Of a DNA stretch of 64,000 nucleotides, positions 60,719 through 64,000 are shown piece by piece (the stretch's first letter is position 1; every line of letters begins with the position of its first letter). Where the stretch lies: contig JAPDFW010000073.1 of the NCBI GenBank assembly GCA_028826165.1, positions 248,001 through 312,000 of the forward strand, read 5' to 3'. A program made the translations under genes and the position numbers. This stretch comes from Anaeramoeba ignava BMAN. Its lineage: Eukaryota; Protista; Anaeramoebae. The notes under the pieces were generated by a model. That model had not been told where the DNA came from, ran no database searches, and saw only the letters and a list, made by a program, of their open reading frames with translations.

Positions 60719-62113
60719 ATGAATAAACTCAAACTAACAACTTTATCAAACGGAATTCGAATAGCAACATTCCCACTGAAAACACCACTTACAACAATTG
60801 CATTAGCTTCATTTGCAGGATCTCGATATGAAACAACAAAAGAATTAGGAATATATAGAATATTAGAAAAAATGATGCTGACAAAAACAAAAAAAAGAAG
60901 CACAGAAGAAAGAGAAGAGACAATAAACCGACTGGGCGGATATATCGACACCAAAATATCCGCAGAAGCATTTCTTATGCACGGTTCAGTTATCTCAAAC
61001 CGCTCAGATTTGCTTATCGAGATTTTTCAAGACTCGATCCAAAATTTAGTTCATTCACAAAAGGAGATCAACTCAAAAATTCAACAATACATTGAAAAAT
61101 CAAAAGAGACCCGTTTAATCGGCAGGGAAATAATCGATGATCTTGTTCATGCAGCCGCATATGCTCCCAAAAAACTCAAAATTCTTAAAGCAAATGAATA
61201 TCATTTCTCAAATTTAGGATTGGCTCAAAATTCAAAATCACTACTTTTTTCAGAAAAAAAACTGAAATCAATAACGTCTTCCAAACTCAAAAACGCAATG
61301 AAAAAAGTCTTTTATGGCGAAAATATGGTTTTTTCAAATGTGGGAATGGATCACGATCTTTTCTGCAAGAAAATCGACAACGCATTCGGAAAAATGCCCA
61401 AAAAACCGCCTCAAAATCTCCCCCAAAACAGGAGTTCTTATAAAGGCGGATATATAAATTATCCACAGAAAATAGTGGATGATCAAAACACAACTGTTTA
61501 TATCGATGGAAAGCTTCCACTCAACGCAGAAATGTCGTATCTTGGGTGGTTCTATCCAGGCGCAGATCTTTTTTCAGATGATATTTTCGCCTATTTTGTC
61601 CTCCAATTTATCATCGGCGATGCTGCCTCTTTCTCTTCTGGCGGCCCAGGAAAGGGAATGTATTCAAGATCATGCAGAAATATCATGTCTAAACACTTCT
61701 TTATTGACTCAATCGAGGCAAAAAACTTCTCTTATTCAGACTCTGGATTGTTCGGAATTGTTGCTGGTCTTAATTCACAATTTTTGGAAAACGGTTGCGA
61801 AATTATTCACAATGAATTCCTTCAATTGGCAAACGTTCCTGTCCCGAATCAAGAATTGGAACGCGCCAAAAATAGGTTGAAAATGATGCTTTTTATGATT
61901 CTTGAAGAGAGAGAAGTCTTTGCTGAGGATATCGTCCATCAGATTTTGTTTTACGGATATTGGATGAATCCTGATTATATTTGCAAAAAAATTGATAGTG
62001 TAACCCAAAAAGATATTTTGCGCATTTCAAATAATTGTTTAAATTCTCCTTTAACTTTGGCTGCTTGGGGTGATACTACTTCTTTAAAGAATTATGAAAA
62101 ATATTTGAAATGA
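60719..62113 (+). CDS. Mitochondrial/hydrogenosomal processing peptidase alpha subunit (M16B)
   Basis: TTLSNGIRIA, AGSRYE, degenerate HxxEH (RILEK), glycine-rich loop SFSSGGPGKGMYSR and YSDSGLFGI. Confidence 0.92.
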   Translation: MNKLKLTTLSNGIRIATFPLKTPLTTIALASFAGSRYETTKELGIYRILEKMMLTKTKKRSTEEREETINRLGGYIDTKISAEAFLMHGSVISNRSDLLIEIFQDSIQNLVHSQKEINSKIQQYIEKSKETRLIGREIIDDLVHAAAYAPKKLKILKANEYHFSNLGLAQNSKSLLFSEKKLKSITSSKLKNAMKKVFYGENMVFSNVGMDHDLFCKKIDNAFGKMPKKPPQNLPQNRSSYKGGYINYPQKIVDDQNTTVYIDGKLPLNAEMSYLGWFYPGADLFSDDIFAYFVLQFIIGDAASFSSGGPGKGMYSRSCRNIMSKHFFIDSIEAKNFSYSDSGLFGIVAGLNSQFLENGCEIIHNEFLQLANVPVPNQELERAKNRLKMMLFMILEEREVFAEDIVHQILFYGYWMNPDYICKKIDSVTQKDILRISNNCLNSPLTLAAWGDTTSLKNYEKYLK

Positions 62114-62149
62114 TTTTTTCAATCAAAATAAAATTTTCAAAATTTAAAA

Positions 62150-63770
62150 AAAGCGAATAAATTAATTTAAAAATACAATTTAATATTTAACATAAAAATA
62201 TAAAAAATAAGAATAGATTTAATTTAATATTTGATTTATAAATTAATTTAAAAATATAATTTAAATAATTAATTCAATTATTAAAATAATAATTTATTGT
62301 TTTAGATTTAAATATTTTATTATTTAAATATTTAACATATAAATATAAAAAATAAGAATAGATTTAATTTAATATTTAATTTATAAATTAATTTAAAAAT
62401 ATAATTTAATAATTAATTCAATTATTAAAATAATAATTTATTGTTTTAGATTTAAATATTTTATTATTTAAATATTAAACATATAAATATAAAAATAAGA
62501 ATAGATTTAATTTAATATTTAATTTATAAATCAATTTAAAAATATAATTTATTATTTAAATTTATGTTTAAAATAATAATTTAATGTTTTAGATTTAAAT
62601 ATTTTATTATTTAAATATTTAACATAAAAAAATAAAATACAAGAATAGATTTAATTTAATATTTAATTTATAAATTAATTTAAAAATATAATTTAATATT
62701 TAATTTCATTATTAAAATAATAATTTAATGTTTTAGATTTAAATATTTTATTATTTAAATATTTAACATATAAATATAAAAATTGAAAATAAGTTTAATT
62801 TAATATTTAATTTATAAATTAATTTAAAAATATAATTTAATATTTAATTCTATTATTAAAATAATAATTTATTGTTTTTAGATTTAAATATTTTATTATT
62901 TAAATATTTAACATAAAAATATAAAAATAAGAATAGATTTAATTTAATATTTAATTTATAAATTAATTTAAAAATATAATTTAATATTTAATTTCATTAT
63001 TAAAATAATAATTTAATGTTTTAGATTTAAATATTTTATTATTTAAATATTTAACATATAAATATAAAAATTGAAAATAAGTTTAATTTAATATTTAATT
63101 TATAAAATAATTTAAAAATATAATTTAATATTTAATTTTATGTTTTAAAATAATAATTTAATGTTTTAAATTTAAATATTTTATTATTTAAATATTTAAC
63201 AAATAAATATAAAAATAAGAATAGATTTAATTTAATATTTAATTTATAAATTAATTTAAAAATATAATTTAATATTTAATTTTATTATTAAAATAATAAT
63301 TTATTGTTTTAGATTTAAATATTTTATTATTTAAATATTTAACATATAAATATAAAAAATAAGAATAGATTTAATTTAATATTTAATTTATAAATTAATT
63401 CAAAAATATAATTTAATATTTAATTTTATTATTAAAATAATAATTTAATGTTTTAGATTTAAATATTTTATTATTTAAAAATTTAACATATAAATATAAA
63501 AATAAGAATATATTTAATTTAATATTTAATTTATAAATTAATTTAAAAATTTAATTTAATATTTAATTTTATTATTAAAATAATAATTTAATGTTTTAGA
63601 TTTAAATATTTTCTTATTTAATTATTTAACATAAAAATATAAAAAATGAGAATAGATTTAATTTAATATTTAATTAATAAATTAATTTAAAAATATAATT
63701 TAATATTTAATTTTATGTTTAAAATAATAATTTATTGTTTTAGATTTAAATATTTTATTATTTAAAAATA
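62150..63770. repeat. Tandem array C, ~144-bp unit, ~11 copies
   Basis: The landmark GAATAG occurs at 62211, 62356, 62499 and 62643, and continues. Confidence 0.9.
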
Positions 63771-64000
63771 TTTTGAAAATTGATTTTTGAAATTAAAATT
63801 TTATCTTTTTTTTTGAATTAAATTGAATTAATATTAATTTGGAAATTTGTTTTTAAATTTAAATTTATTAATAATTTTTAAATTCAAAAAAAAAATAAAT
63901 TAAAAATTAAATTAAAATAATTTTCCTTTTTTTTTAATAAAAAAAATTAATAAAAAATAATAATAATTTATTAATAAATTAATTTAAAATAATAAATTAA

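Overview
Extremely AT-rich, gene-dense eukaryotic DNA with GT-AG spliceosomal introns and the standard genetic code. The composition, the RCC1-BTB and ANK-BTB families, an MPP alpha subunit and a TCATTT initiator-like motif suggest an anaerobic metamonad such as Anaeramoeba; this is inference only. In order, the window holds: the 5' part of a WDR81-like BEACH gene, a quinone oxidoreductase, a kelch gene, a six-copy RCC1(-BTB) tandem array, a bZIP factor, a CH-domain protein, SRPK, Ras, an ankyrin-BTB gene, ELMOD, a C2-domain/EML WD40 gene, two GILT-like genes, Rheb, a membrane protein, a large multi-exon ScaA-like gene, a small acidic ORF and MPP alpha. Long introns and intergenic spacers are filled with simple repeats. 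Main leads: (1) single-codon (3-nt) microexons in the ankyrin-BTB gene, two of which restore the exact 33-aa ankyrin period; (2) loop-focused hypervariability and mosaicism in the RCC1-BTB array; (3) three apparently unrelated tandem arrays that share a ~144-145-bp unit; (4) a perfect 19-bp stem joining the ends of a 1.5-kb Ras intron. Several frameshifts and garbled patches may be consensus errors. All gene models were read by eye.
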